DNA of 64,000 nucleotides, from assembly GCA_002507245.1 (NCBI GenBank), contig DAZI01000065.1:1949-65948 (forward strand). The letters are read 5' to 3'. The position numbers were made by a program, and so were the translations under genes. The first letter of the stretch is position 1; each line of letters opens with the position of its first letter. Shown one piece after another: positions 8,974 through 18,265 of this stretch. The notes below the pieces were generated by a model that worked only from the letters and a program-made list of their open reading frames with translations, was not told the origin of the DNA and searched no databases. The stretch comes from Candidatus Bathyarchaeota archaeon UBA233. Lineage in GTDB: Archaea; Thermoproteota; Bathyarchaeia; Bathyarchaeales; UBA233.

Positions 8974-9499
8974 AAAGCTTCCATCAAGAGAAAACGCAAT
9001 AAAGCTTCTATATGGCGTGGGATGCTCCCAAAACGTTGTCCGTCATTGTATTGCTGTAGCCGAGCTTGCCGTAAAAATCGCTAAACTTGCCTCAAAAAAG
9101 GGGGTGAAAGTAAACCAAAAACTTGTTGAGATAGGAGCTCTTTTGCATGACATTGGAAGAGCTAAAACCCATACAGTGCACCATGCTATAACTGGCGCAG
9201 AACTAGCCAAGAAATACGGCTTATCCGAATCTATTATACAAATAATAAAACGACATGTAGGTGGAGGGATATCCCCTCAAGAAGCAGAAAAACTTGGTTG
9301 GCCAAACGACATTTACGTGCCGCAAACAATGGAGGAAAAAATAGTTTCTTACGCGGACAAACTAATCGAAGGCGCTAAACGAGTTTCAATACAACATACA
9401 ATTACGAAAATGAGTAAGAAAATCCCCGAGGACTCTGTGAAACGCATGTGGAAGCTTCATGAAGAAATCATGAATATTATAGGGAATTTGGAATGCTGA
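8966..9499 (+). CDS. HD-domain (HDIG) phosphohydrolase, TIGR00295-like
   Basis: HCIAVAELAVKIA...GALLHDIGRAKT...IIKRHVGGGI. Confidence 0.65.
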   Translation: MNEKLPSRENAIKLLYGVGCSQNVVRHCIAVAELAVKIAKLASKKGVKVNQKLVEIGALLHDIGRAKTHTVHHAITGAELAKKYGLSESIIQIIKRHVGGGISPQEAEKLGWPNDIYVPQTMEEKIVSYADKLIEGAKRVSIQHTITKMSKKIPEDSVKRMWKLHEEIMNIIGNLEC

Positions 9500-10257
9500 A
9501 AATAACGCTACTTCAGAAAATATATGGCACAAACTCTCCGGAAATTTTTCAAGAAACCCTAGATCACCTTTTCAAAGGGCTTAAAGTGGAAGCACAAGTT
9601 TGCGGCGTTTTCCATGGGTGGCTTCAAGTAGGGATTTCAGGCGAAGATCAGAAATTTGCCTTAAACTACCTTAAGGAAACCTTTGGATTATGCCCGGAAG
9701 AAATTGGAAAAGTAACCAAGTTTTCAACTATATGTGGAAGAATAGTTTATCCAAAAAAGAGTAAAACCGAGTTATATGTTGATATAGGTATATTCAACCC
9801 TAAACCCGTAAACGCAATTTTAGCTTTACAAAATTTACAATCCCAACTCTTAGATGGAAGAAAATTAGCTCTTGAAAAAATCGTTGAACTTTTCGGTTTT
9901 ACAGAGAACTTTCCCCTATCCATTAAAATCTGTGGAGTTTCCCCTGAAAAAGAACGTATCAGTGTAGTGCTGTCTGAACAGCAGATTTCTCTTTTCTCAA
10001 AATGGATTGAAACATTTCTGGATAGACTCCTAATTTTCGGCGCAACTTTTTCAGATGTAAAACGCGCCGTCAAGAAATCTGGTTTTTCCCGTAGCATCGT
10101 TAAAGTCGAATCTCTTGGTTTCCTTGAACAAGCAATTATCTGTAAACTCGGAACTTATGCCGTAGGATTAATCCCAAAAATAGGGCATCTCCTACCAGAA
10201 GCATCCTTTAAGGTTTTCTCTCCTAGGAAAATCAGTAAATTATTTGCCAGCGCTTAG
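9493..10257 (+). CDS. conserved archaeal hypothetical protein (possibly DUF2110-like, unverified)
   Basis: 254-aa ORF that overlaps the upstream gene by 7 nt. No motif recognised. Confidence 0.25.
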   Translation: MLKITLLQKIYGTNSPEIFQETLDHLFKGLKVEAQVCGVFHGWLQVGISGEDQKFALNYLKETFGLCPEEIGKVTKFSTICGRIVYPKKSKTELYVDIGIFNPKPVNAILALQNLQSQLLDGRKLALEKIVELFGFTENFPLSIKICGVSPEKERISVVLSEQQISLFSKWIETFLDRLLIFGATFSDVKRAVKKSGFSRSIVKVESLGFLEQAIICKLGTYAVGLIPKIGHLLPEASFKVFSPRKISKLFASA

Positions 10258-10313
10258 GGAATGAACATAAACGGGCATACCCTATTTGACAATTATTAGC
10301 TTCTCAAGATGAG

Positions 10314-10403
10314 TGGGCCGGGCCGGACTTGAACCGGCGACCTCAGCCTCGTAAGGGCTGCTTTAGGTCCAAGAGATGTCCTACCATGCTAGACGACCGG
10401 CCC
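10314..10403 (-). tRNA. tRNA-Val (anticodon UAC) with a 16-nt intron at non-canonical position 25/26
   Basis: Minus strand: GGGCCGG TC GTCT AGCATGGTA GGAC [ATCTCTTGGACCTAAA] G CAGCC CTTACGA GGCTG AGGTC GCCGG TTCAAGT CCGGC CCGGCCC A. Removing the bracketed 16 nt gives a 74-nt cloverleaf. CCA is not encoded. Confidence 0.8.
10362..10377 (-). other. putative tRNA-Val intron (bulge-helix-bulge)
   Basis: TAGG (exon) pairs with CCTA (intron) as a 4-bp helix. It is flanked by the 3-nt bulges ACA and AAG, with an inner hairpin TCT-CTT-GGA. Confidence 0.65.
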
Positions 10404-10701
10404 CCTCGGCAAATATAAGCCTACGTTTTTTTGGCTTATTAATTTTCGTACATGTCCGAAAAACGTTGGCATAAAAATATGTAATATTCCTCCCTAGTTA
10501 CTTTTTAGAATAAGAATATTTTAGTTCGCGAACTTTTTATCTGTTTTTGGATTCCAAGCATCCAAAATATGGGGGAAATAAGGAATAAACGAACAAATAG
10601 TTATTAGAGAAGCTAGGGACAGCGATCGTGAAGCAGTTTTTAAGTTCTGTGAGAAAACTTGGAGCTGGGGAGACTACATTCCACGAGTATGGGACATATG
10701 G

Positions 10702-11463
10702 ATGAAAGAACAAGATGGGAAAATTTTTGTGGCAACAATAAACGATGTCCCGGTTGGGCTGTCTCGAGTTAAAGTGGACATAAGCAAGAAGGAAGCGTGG
10801 TTAAGTGCGGCAAGAACCGCCCCAGAACATAGACGTAAGGGTGTAGCCACGGCTATCGCTAAAAAATGCTTGGAATATGCAAAACAAAAAGGTGCTAGAA
10901 AGGCGAGACTCGTAACATCCTCAAATAATAAGGCTGCTCGCATAGTGCTTCAAAAACTTGGATTTGTCCCAATTGCTGAATTTGTAGAAATGACCTGCGA
11001 AAAAATTGAAATGAAGAAAAGTCAAAAATCAAGGATGGGCCATCTACAAGATCTTGAGCAAACATGGAATTTTTTACAAAATTCGGAGGTTTTTCATAAG
11101 TCAGCTGGTTTATATACTGTTCTTTTTCGCTGGTACTCGCTCTTGCCACATGATTTGGAATTTTTCATAAGAAACGGAAAAGCTATTGTTTATGAATATG
11201 AAAATCAGGTTCAAGGCTTACTCCTGATTGATGATTCTACCGCTAAAGCATGGCAGGAAAACACTATTCAAACATGTTATGTTGACGGAAATGAGGAAAC
11301 CTTGGCTGACATGTTAAGATTCTTGTTAACCCATTGTTATAAGCGAGATATAAAAAGAATTTATGGTTTCACCTGTAAACATAATCCCATAATTTTTGTC
11401 ATGAAGGAATTTGGCTTCAAGGAATCGGATGACGTGGAAATAGTCTACGAGAAGAGACTATGA
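10702..11463 (+). CDS. GNAT-family N-acetyltransferase with a C-terminal extra domain; 5' end unresolved
   Basis: RRKGVATAIAKKCLEYAKQKGARKARL is the acetyl-CoA-binding motif A. In-frame sequence upstream of ATG 10702 (IVIREARDSDREAVFKFCEKTW...) looks like GNAT strand beta1 and helix alpha1 but has no ATG/GTG/TTG. Confidence 0.65.
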   Translation: MKEQDGKIFVATINDVPVGLSRVKVDISKKEAWLSAARTAPEHRRKGVATAIAKKCLEYAKQKGARKARLVTSSNNKAARIVLQKLGFVPIAEFVEMTCEKIEMKKSQKSRMGHLQDLEQTWNFLQNSEVFHKSAGLYTVLFRWYSLLPHDLEFFIRNGKAIVYEYENQVQGLLLIDDSTAKAWQENTIQTCYVDGNEETLADMLRFLLTHCYKRDIKRIYGFTCKHNPIIFVMKEFGFKESDDVEIVYEKRL

Positions 11464-11811
11464 TGAGACATGTTTTATGAAAGCTTTAGGTGTATATTGC
11501 AGTATTCCTCGTGCATGATAAGCAAAACCCTTAGCCACTAGTACCTTCAGAATCTTCCCTGGGAATAATCGGTTTTTGAGCAGTATTTCCAAAGCATGTG
11601 TATAGTTCCGGTTTAACTCACGTACAGCTAAAAGCTGCTGCTTCCTTGAAAGAGCGTAATCCTTGCATTCCACAAGGTACGCTAAGCTCATGTCAGGTTT
11701 AACAGCTAAAACGTCGCAGTGATTTCGACGGACAAAAACGATGTATCCCTTCTTTCTGAAAGCATCCGCAACAGCATCTTCCAGTTCAGCTCCACTCATT
11801 TTCTCCAACAC
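11458..11811 (-). CDS. small PD-(D/E)xK nuclease-fold protein (Hjc/Mrr-catalytic-domain-like)
   Basis: 117 aa. ELEDAVADAFRKKGYIV...CDVLAV...YLVECKDY gives an E...D...ExK arrangement. Confidence 0.4.
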   Translation of the reverse strand: MLEKMSGAELEDAVADAFRKKGYIVFVRRNHCDVLAVKPDMSLAYLVECKDYALSRKQQLLAVRELNRNYTHALEILLKNRLFPGKILKVLVAKGFAYHARGILQYTPKAFIKHVSS

Positions 11812-11929
11812 CAGCTAAAGCTTAATTCATTAAAGTAATTGAGGAAGTTTCAGTGCTTATAATTATGCTTATGGGATGTTACCATACAATGTTATAACAT
11901 TTCCCCCAACCTTCGTTAAACTAGTAAGG

Positions 11930-11937
11930 TTTAAATA
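11930..11937 (+). promoter_or_regulatory. candidate TATA box for the rps13-rps4-rps11 operon
   Basis: TTTAAATA lies about 47 nt upstream of ATG 11984 and is preceded by a purine-rich AAGG BRE-like tract. Confidence 0.4.
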
Positions 11938-11983
11938 AAATCCAGTTTATTTCTAGTTAACCCAAAAATTTGGATGACAGTAA

Positions 11984-12436
11984 ATGCCGAGGGAATTTCG
12001 TCACATAGTGAGAATTGCGGAAACAGATATAAATGGCACTTTGAAAGTGCCGTATGCGATTTCAAACATTAAAGGAATAGGGATAAACCTAGCTCACCTC
12101 ATAATTAAACGGGCTGGAATAAACCCTGAAACAAGAATAGGCTTCCTATCTGATGAGGAAATCGAAAAAATAGCAGATGTTATAACCCACCCGGCCAAGT
12201 ACAATATTCCAGACTGGTACTTAAATCGAAGAAAGGATTTAGAAACCGGTAAGAATCTTCTTGTAATAGGCGCTGATCTCACATTTAGGGTGAAGACTGA
12301 CATTGAAAGAATGAAAGCTATACGATCTTGGCGCGGATACCGTCATGCTTATGGGTTAAAGGTTCGTGGGCAGAGAACAAAAACAACGGGTAGAATTGGA
12401 AAGGCTGTGGGCGTCAAGAAGAAGAGGAGAGGTTGA
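11984..12436 (+). CDS. rps13: 30S ribosomal protein S13
   Basis: [33 protein letters not shown]...[22 protein letters not shown]. Confidence 0.92.
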   Translation: MPREFRHIVRIAETDINGTLKVPYAISNIKGIGINLAHLIIKRAGINPETRIGFLSDEEIEKIADVITHPAKYNIPDWYLNRRKDLETGKNLLVIGADLTFRVKTDIERMKAIRSWRGYRHAYGLKVRGQRTKTTGRIGKAVGVKKKRRG

Positions 12437-12441
12437 ACCCC

Positions 12442-13011
12442 TTGGGAGACCCCAAGAAACAAAGGAAGAAATATGAAACTCCCCGTTTTCCATGGCGCGC
12501 TGACATTTTACAAGAGGAACTAAAAGTCCTGGGTCAGTATGGGCTTAGGAATAAACGAGAACTTTGGCGACATAAAACTATGGTTTCAAATTTCCGGAGC
12601 ATAGCTCGTTCTCTTTTGGGAAAAACAAAGGAAGAAAGACAGGTATTGGAGAAACAGTTACTATCAAAACTTTACAGACTTGGGGTTCTTCCAGAAACTG
12701 CAGTTTTGGATGATGTATTAGACTTAACAGTGGAAGATATACTTGAACGTAGGCTTCAAACAGTAGTTTTTCGAAAAGGTCTAGCGAAATCCATATACCA
12801 AGCCCGTCAACTCATAACCCATGGGCATATCGCTGTGAACAACCGAAGGGTAACCGTCCCAAGTTACCTAGTAACAAGAGAAGAAGAAGATAAAATTACC
12901 TATGCCCCTCAAAGCCCCTTGGCAAACCCGGAACATAAGCTACGACAAACTCTCATGGCAACCACTATGGGGCAAACCGAGACAGGAACCGAGGGTACTG
13001 GTGAAGGATAG
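12442..13011 (+). CDS. rps4: 30S ribosomal protein S4
   Basis: (M)[17 protein letters not shown] is the canonical archaeal S4 N-terminus if TTG 12442 is the start. The ORF track starts 9 nt earlier, at 12433. Confidence 0.9.
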   Translation: MGDPKKQRKKYETPRFPWRADILQEELKVLGQYGLRNKRELWRHKTMVSNFRSIARSLLGKTKEERQVLEKQLLSKLYRLGVLPETAVLDDVLDLTVEDILERRLQTVVFRKGLAKSIYQARQLITHGHIAVNNRRVTVPSYLVTREEEDKITYAPQSPLANPEHKLRQTLMATTMGQTETGTEGTGEG

Positions 13012-13013
13012 GT

Positions 13014-13424
13014 ATGAGTGAAAAATCCTCTTCAACTAGAAAGGAAAGATGGGGCGTAGCTCACATATATAGCTCCTATAACAATACAATAGTTCACATA
13101 ACCGACATATCTGGGGCTGAAACCATTGCAAGAACATCTGGAGGGATGTTCGTCAAAGCTGACCGAATGGAATCCTCTCCATATGCCGCTATGCGAGCTG
13201 CTATGGCGGCCGCAACCATAGCTAAAGACAAAGGAATAACAGCAATACACATAAAAGTACGTGCACCAGGCGGTTCAAAGGCAAGAACTCCCGGTCCAGG
13301 GGCTCAAGCAGCTATACGTGCATTAGCCAGAGCTGGTTTTCGCATTGGACGAATAGAGGAAGTTACTCCATTGCCCCACGATGGGACACGAAGAAAGGGT
13401 GGAAGAAGGGGACGAAGAGTTTAG
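13014..13424 (+). CDS. rps11: 30S ribosomal protein S11
   Basis: [33 protein letters not shown]...[43 protein letters not shown]. Confidence 0.92.
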   Translation: MSEKSSSTRKERWGVAHIYSSYNNTIVHITDISGAETIARTSGGMFVKADRMESSPYAAMRAAMAAATIAKDKGITAIHIKVRAPGGSKARTPGPGAQAAIRALARAGFRIGRIEEVTPLPHDGTRRKGGRRGRRV

Positions 13425-13849
13425 GCTTTTATCTTTTCTGAATTTACGTTCTCAACCATGTAATTTACAAGTCCCAATAGGGCTTTTGCAAAACCTACTA
13501 AACTAAGCAACATGATTATTGAAAGAATTACCTGCAAGTCTATTATGAAGGTGACGTTTTCCACGTTTATTACGAGCACGTTGGTAGTGAAGGTGTAAAG
13601 CAAGTATCCAATTAAAAATAGAGCGCTGAACACATCAAGTATGTGCTTGAAGATCGTGTCCGCAAAGAGTTGGCCGATAACCATGAATAAGACAAAAACT
13701 AAGGCGAATACATTGAAAGCCAAATTGTACTCCGGTAAAACAGCAGTGAAGGGAGCCGTAAGCCTTGAAATTGCTATTAAGATTAAAACTGCGATTACGC
13801 CTTTAACTAAGGCTTTTATTGCGTTCTTCGCCATACGACGACTATCCAA
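13421..13849 (-). CDS. 4-TM membrane protein, unknown function
   Basis: 142 aa, hydrophobic. The start overlaps the upstream gene (13842-13849). Confidence 0.4.
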   Translation of the reverse strand: MDSRRMAKNAIKALVKGVIAVLILIAISRLTAPFTAVLPEYNLAFNVFALVFVLFMVIGQLFADTIFKHILDVFSALFLIGYLLYTFTTNVLVINVENVTFIIDLQVILSIIMLLSLVGFAKALLGLVNYMVENVNSEKIKA

Positions 13850-14621
13850 ATGGCATCACCCAAGGGCCGAAGCTGAAGTTTTCAGATTCGAAAAGGACCT
13901 CCACTCGTCCTTCAAACATTGGCTCTGTGTTTTTGATATATACTTCTAGAATGTTAAAATATGGGATGGTAGAAGGGACATAAATGGGAAGCTTGGCTGC
14001 GGCTATTATAGTGTTTTGCTGGTTAAGGATATTGAGGCTTAAGGTCCCGTTTATGTCGAAGAGGGCGTGATTCTCGAAGCTTATGGGCATAGCTAAACGA
14101 TAATGCGTAAGGTTGTATTGCTGAAATGCGGGCTCGCCGATGGTGAAATTGTAAAAGGGGGCGCCCCATAGAAAACTTGTGTTAGTTTGTATTTTTATCG
14201 GAAGTAATTCTGTAAATTTAAGCTCCACTTCGCTTGTCAGAGTTAAGTTAACGTCGTTAAAAAGGAGGTTAATTACCTCCATGGTCAACTCATCTATGGG
14301 AAAAGTCATATTATGCATGACCAGTGTTTTCTTTCCAGCAGGGATTTCCGCCACATACGTTTTGTGGCTTGTAATTTTAGTTTCATTTTCGTCCAAGATT
14401 TCTGTTTGAAGCGTAAACTCTTCTATGGTATAGTATCCCTTGTTGTTTACTACTATAAGAAGAGTGACAGTCGGAGTGTTGACCTCTGAAACGTAAACTT
14501 TCGGTTCTTCGAATTGGATTTCTATTAGAGTTGCAGAATATGCTGCGGTAACTAGAAAAATTACTAGGACACCCCATAGAATTGAAGTGGCAAGACTCAT
14601 CATTCGTAGGGCAATTTTCAT
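13842..14621 (-). CDS. N-terminally anchored extracytoplasmic beta-rich protein with eight N-x-S/T sequons
   Basis: 259 aa. One N-terminal TM or signal anchor (LATSILWGVLVIFLVTAAY). Sequons: NET, NMT, NLT, NTS, NFT, NLT, NGT, NFS. Confidence 0.4.
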   Translation of the reverse strand: MKIALRMMSLATSILWGVLVIFLVTAAYSATLIEIQFEEPKVYVSEVNTPTVTLLIVVNNKGYYTIEEFTLQTEILDENETKITSHKTYVAEIPAGKKTLVMHNMTFPIDELTMEVINLLFNDVNLTLTSEVELKFTELLPIKIQTNTSFLWGAPFYNFTIGEPAFQQYNLTHYRLAMPISFENHALFDINGTLSLNILNQQNTIIAAAKLPIYVPSTIPYFNILEVYIKNTEPMFEGRVEVLFESENFSFGPWVMPFG

Positions 14622-14639
14622 GGCTGTTTCCTTGCTGGT

Positions 14640-15113
14640 TTAACTTTGCTGTTGAGTGGAAGATGTAACGCTAGGTTGTTGAGAAGTTTGCTGAGTTTGT
14701 GGAGTTGAAATTGGTTCAGGGAGAACAACGACAGCTTCGGGCTCACGCTTTTCTTTGATTTGTCCTTTTTCTATCTCCTTCTGTTGAGGCTTCGGCTTCG
14801 GTTTAGACGTTACCACTATTTTTCGTTGTTCTACTGCTGGAAGGTTGTTTATTATGGTTATTCCCCGTATAGTTAGAATGGAACCTATCCATCCCATTAT
14901 ACCTATGTACATTATTCGGATACATGCTGCGATGAGTGGCGCTAGAGCTTCACCGAAAAAACTTGCAAGGTCTCTATAGGTAATCAAGCTTAAGCTTTCT
15001 GAGAGGAAGCCGAAAGCTGTGAAGAAAGTGAATATTAACAAGCCGACGCCCAGGAAGAGCACGGTGATTCCTGATAAGGCTATTTTATCTCTGAATGTTT
15101 TAAGTTTCAGCAT
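14640..15113 (-). CDS. membrane protein with a Lys/Pro and Gln/Thr/Ser-rich low-complexity tail
   Basis: 157 aa. Three predicted TM segments, then KPKPKPQQKE...TPQTQQTSQQPSVTSSTQQQS. Confidence 0.4.
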   Translation of the reverse strand: MLKLKTFRDKIALSGITVLFLGVGLLIFTFFTAFGFLSESLSLITYRDLASFFGEALAPLIAACIRIMYIGIMGWIGSILTIRGITIINNLPAVEQRKIVVTSKPKPKPQQKEIEKGQIKEKREPEAVVVLPEPISTPQTQQTSQQPSVTSSTQQQS

Positions 15114-15363
15114 TGCTGTTCGCCGATTATGCTTGAAGCTGGTTTGAGTATTAAATCTTCTGACTCCTTAAACAAAATTTGTGCTAAAAACGCAAAATCT
15201 CTATTAAGCTTTCCATAAATCCTAAGACTAATAATAATTGCACATTTTTTCACATATGTATAATTTCTATGAACATTTGAACAATAAATTAAGAGATATC
15301 TTTTTATATATTCAATAACTTTATTCTTTATAGTGCCAATTAACCAGTGATGGAGGGATTCAA

Positions 15364-15549
15364 ATGGGTAAAAGATGCTCAGACTCTGAGTGCCCGTATT
15401 TATCCATGGATGGAACATGTTTACTTCCGGAAAGCGAGCTAAAAGAAAAGTGTCCGGCTAGAGAACGTGTAGGCCATGAGGATAAAGACGAGTGGATAGA
15501 TGAATATTACATAAAAGAACGACTAAAATCACTAGGTATAGTACAATAA
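15364..15549 (+). CDS. small Cys-containing hypothetical protein
   Basis: 61-aa ORF only. It has four Cys residues (CSDSEC...C...C). Confidence 0.2.
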   Translation: MGKRCSDSECPYLSMDGTCLLPESELKEKCPARERVGHEDKDEWIDEYYIKERLKSLGIVQ

Positions 15550-15688
15550 CTCTCGTAATGTTATTTCTCTGATTTAGTGCACTAACAACTCGAATCTACT
15601 AAATTACTTATTAAATAGATCACGTTTTTCTTCTACCCATTAATAAAGCTATTAGGTAGCTTTCGGTTATCAATGACGTTGAGAAAAC

Positions 15689-16492
15689 ATGAGACAGTCG
15701 AGAAAAAGAAAGAACCTTAAGGCTTTGATATATAAACGAGATATTAAGAATGCTCTACGAAAGATTGGTTTAAAGAAAGGCGACATAGTTGGTGTTCATA
15801 GTTCTCTAAGTAGTTTTGGTTATGTTGAAGGCGGAGCAGATACCGTAATTGATGCCCTTATGGAGGTCGTCGGAAGAGAAGGAACAATTGTGATGCCTAC
15901 CCACTCAACAAATAGAATTAAAATTGAATTGAGCCCAGAGGAAATCGCTGCGGGTGCTTTGTGGTTATATAAAATCTTGCCTTTTGATCCAGAAGAGACT
16001 CCTTGTTCCACTGGTGTGATCCCTGAAACGTTCAGAAAAAGAAGAGGTGTCCTGCGTAGTTTTCACCCAATGTTTTCTGTAGCAGCCATAGGACCTAAAG
16101 CCAAAGAAATAGTTGAAGCAGGCAACACTAATGCCCTTGGGGCTTGGAAGAAACTGCTTGAACTTGATGGCTACATACTCTTAATAGGTGTGGGGCTAGA
16201 AGTTTGCACAGCTATGCATCTGGCAGAGGAGAGGGTGGCCTTTCCCAAACACATATTAGAAAAAATAACTCCGCCCAAATGGTTTGTTGAAAAGTATCCT
16301 GCGAGCGAATGGGAATGGGATTTTGGACCATATCCCGACTTTTCTAAGATGGAGGAGCCATGTCGAAAACATAAAATAATGAAAACCGTAAAGGTTGGGG
16401 AGGCAACTCTTAGGCTTGTTAAACTACGAGAATTAATCGACCTATATACTGAATATTTAAAAAGAAACCCTGATCAGTTCTATGCAGTATAA
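15689..16492 (+). CDS. AAC(3)-family aminoglycoside N3-acetyltransferase-like protein
   Basis: LKKGDIVGVHSSLSSFGYVEGGADTVIDALMEVVGREGTIVMPTHS is the conserved N-terminal block of the AAC(3) fold. Confidence 0.7.
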   Translation: MRQSRKRKNLKALIYKRDIKNALRKIGLKKGDIVGVHSSLSSFGYVEGGADTVIDALMEVVGREGTIVMPTHSTNRIKIELSPEEIAAGALWLYKILPFDPEETPCSTGVIPETFRKRRGVLRSFHPMFSVAAIGPKAKEIVEAGNTNALGAWKKLLELDGYILLIGVGLEVCTAMHLAEERVAFPKHILEKITPPKWFVEKYPASEWEWDFGPYPDFSKMEEPCRKHKIMKTVKVGEATLRLVKLRELIDLYTEYLKRNPDQFYAV

Positions 16493-16652
16493 AAATAGAT
16501 TCATGATTAGGGAGATATTCTGACAATTATCTAAAAAATAACGGCGTTTTGTTTTTCATTGTGAAATGCTCTGTTATTGGACTCTAACTTTTTAATCCTC
16601 CTGCGTTATCTTTTCATCCAATAATTGAAACCATGTACAAAAAGAAAACGTA

Positions 16653-17441
16653 TTATTCATAAACTTCTTCTAATATTTTGACCATGTTTTGACGCATAAT
16701 TAACTTCTCTTCTTCAGAGGAGAAACCTAATGCGTGAATGCCCTCAATAGTTTTACTAATATCCGCTGCTGGAAAGTCTGAGCCAAACACAAGATGTTCG
16801 GGTCCGATTTGCCGCATCACCCATCGGAAACTTTTCCAAATAGGCGAGTTATGAAAGGCTGTAATAGTGCCGGACATATCAACATACAGATTGCATAAAT
16901 ATCCTGAATGAATCGCTCTTGATAAAGGAAAGAGATCAAGATAACGATGAAGCGCTGCATGTAGAAGTATTATATTCGTTTCAGGGTGCTCATAAGCAAG
17001 ACGTAATACTCCTTCTAGAGTAGAATAACCCATAATAGGTGTGCAATGAATCTGAACATGAACCCCTAGCTTACCAGCCTCTTTAATGAGCGGTGAGAGT
17101 TTTTTAAAATTCTTATCGGAAAATTGCTGAGTAATAGGATGCAACTTGAGCCCACATAGCCCTCTCCTAACTAGTTTTTGGAATTGAAAAACCGCATTTT
17201 CATCATAAGGATGCACCATAGCGCAGCCAACAAAACGCTGAGGATATCTTTTTTGACATTGGAGAATAAATTCGTTATCCTGAGTTCGCATGGGAACAAT
17301 GACTCCGATTTCAATGTCATGGGCGTTCATAGCTGCGATGACATCTTCTGGTGCGTCTGGGATTGGGGGGTTGCTAGGATTATCTATAAACTTTCCAGAG
17401 GGCATAACATGCATATGGGCATCGATGTATCTATTATCCAT
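16653..17441 (-). CDS. amidohydrolase-2 family metal-dependent hydrolase
   Basis: IDAHMHVMP N-terminal HxH motif, later HC, HAALH and GSDFP motifs. Confidence 0.65.
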   Translation of the reverse strand: MDNRYIDAHMHVMPSGKFIDNPSNPPIPDAPEDVIAAMNAHDIEIGVIVPMRTQDNEFILQCQKRYPQRFVGCAMVHPYDENAVFQFQKLVRRGLCGLKLHPITQQFSDKNFKKLSPLIKEAGKLGVHVQIHCTPIMGYSTLEGVLRLAYEHPETNIILLHAALHRYLDLFPLSRAIHSGYLCNLYVDMSGTITAFHNSPIWKSFRWVMRQIGPEHLVFGSDFPAADISKTIEGIHALGFSSEEEKLIMRQNMVKILEEVYE

Positions 17442-18005
17442 CTATCTTCTCTCCTTCAACTGTACTGGAAAGCTTTTTTCGATTTCGAATCCAAACTTTT
17501 TGTAAAGCTGAATTGCAGTTCTATTAGTTGCTGTAACTGCTAACGCAACCTGTCGATAGCCCGCAGCCTTATAGCTATGTAATGAATAAGCTAAAAGAGC
17601 ACTCCCTAATCCTCGCCTTCGGCAATAGGGGGCAATAAGAAGGTCAGCTATGTGCACGATTTTTCCGTTTTCAAAAGTATAAATAGCTCCGCAAAGTGTA
17701 GAGTTACACAGAATCTTGAATGATAGATTTTTAAGGAAGCGTCCTCTGCCAATTTTGCCAGCGAACATCCCAGCAAGGAAACTCTTGCAGCTATCGAAAC
17801 TTTGCAATTCGGGGCGTAGCAAAAAATCCAAGGTATCTTGGTAAGCCTCAATCTCCATTCTAGCTAAGGCATCAATATCCTTTGATTCTAATTGATGTAT
17901 CTCGCAAGTATCTGGTACTTCAAATTTTTCCCGAAAGCCCGTTAAATCCAAACTCATGCGATATCGCATAATGTTAGTCATCAATATCAACGTCGTATTT
18001 TGCAA
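17442..18005 (-). CDS. GNAT-family N-acetyltransferase
   Basis: IAPYCRRRGLGSALLAYSL (motif A) and NRTAIQLYKKFGF (motif B). It abuts the amidohydrolase gene with no gap. Confidence 0.7.
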   Translation of the reverse strand: MQNTTLILMTNIMRYRMSLDLTGFREKFEVPDTCEIHQLESKDIDALARMEIEAYQDTLDFLLRPELQSFDSCKSFLAGMFAGKIGRGRFLKNLSFKILCNSTLCGAIYTFENGKIVHIADLLIAPYCRRRGLGSALLAYSLHSYKAAGYRQVALAVTATNRTAIQLYKKFGFEIEKSFPVQLKERR

Positions 18006-18265
18006 CTAACTTAAGGAATGTTACGCCTTAAATTTTTTTATATAAACGCAAGAGACTAGGCATGATGTAGTACGGGTAAGTCCAACATCCAGAAATTTCA
18101 ACAAGACATTTAGGTTTTAATAATTTCAGCTACTTTCTTCAAAATAAGGCTGGAAATTGCTCTTAACATCAAAATCACTAAATGATGCTGAACGCACTAG
18201 GACATAAATTTTAAGTTTTATTTTAAACTCCGGGAACATTATTGACAGAAATGGAGGTAGGAGTT

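Noticed and set aside
11458-11811. Restriction-modification or other defence locus around the small PD-(D/E)xK protein
   Set aside because: Its neighbours are a GNAT gene and the ribosomal protein operon. There is no methyltransferase, ATPase or specificity subunit.
15107-15418. 103-aa minus-strand ORF in the AT-rich spacer upstream of the membrane operon
   Set aside because: Its composition (I/Y/K/N-rich) is typical of translated AT-rich intergenic DNA. It overlaps the 15364 ORF and the likely promoter region.
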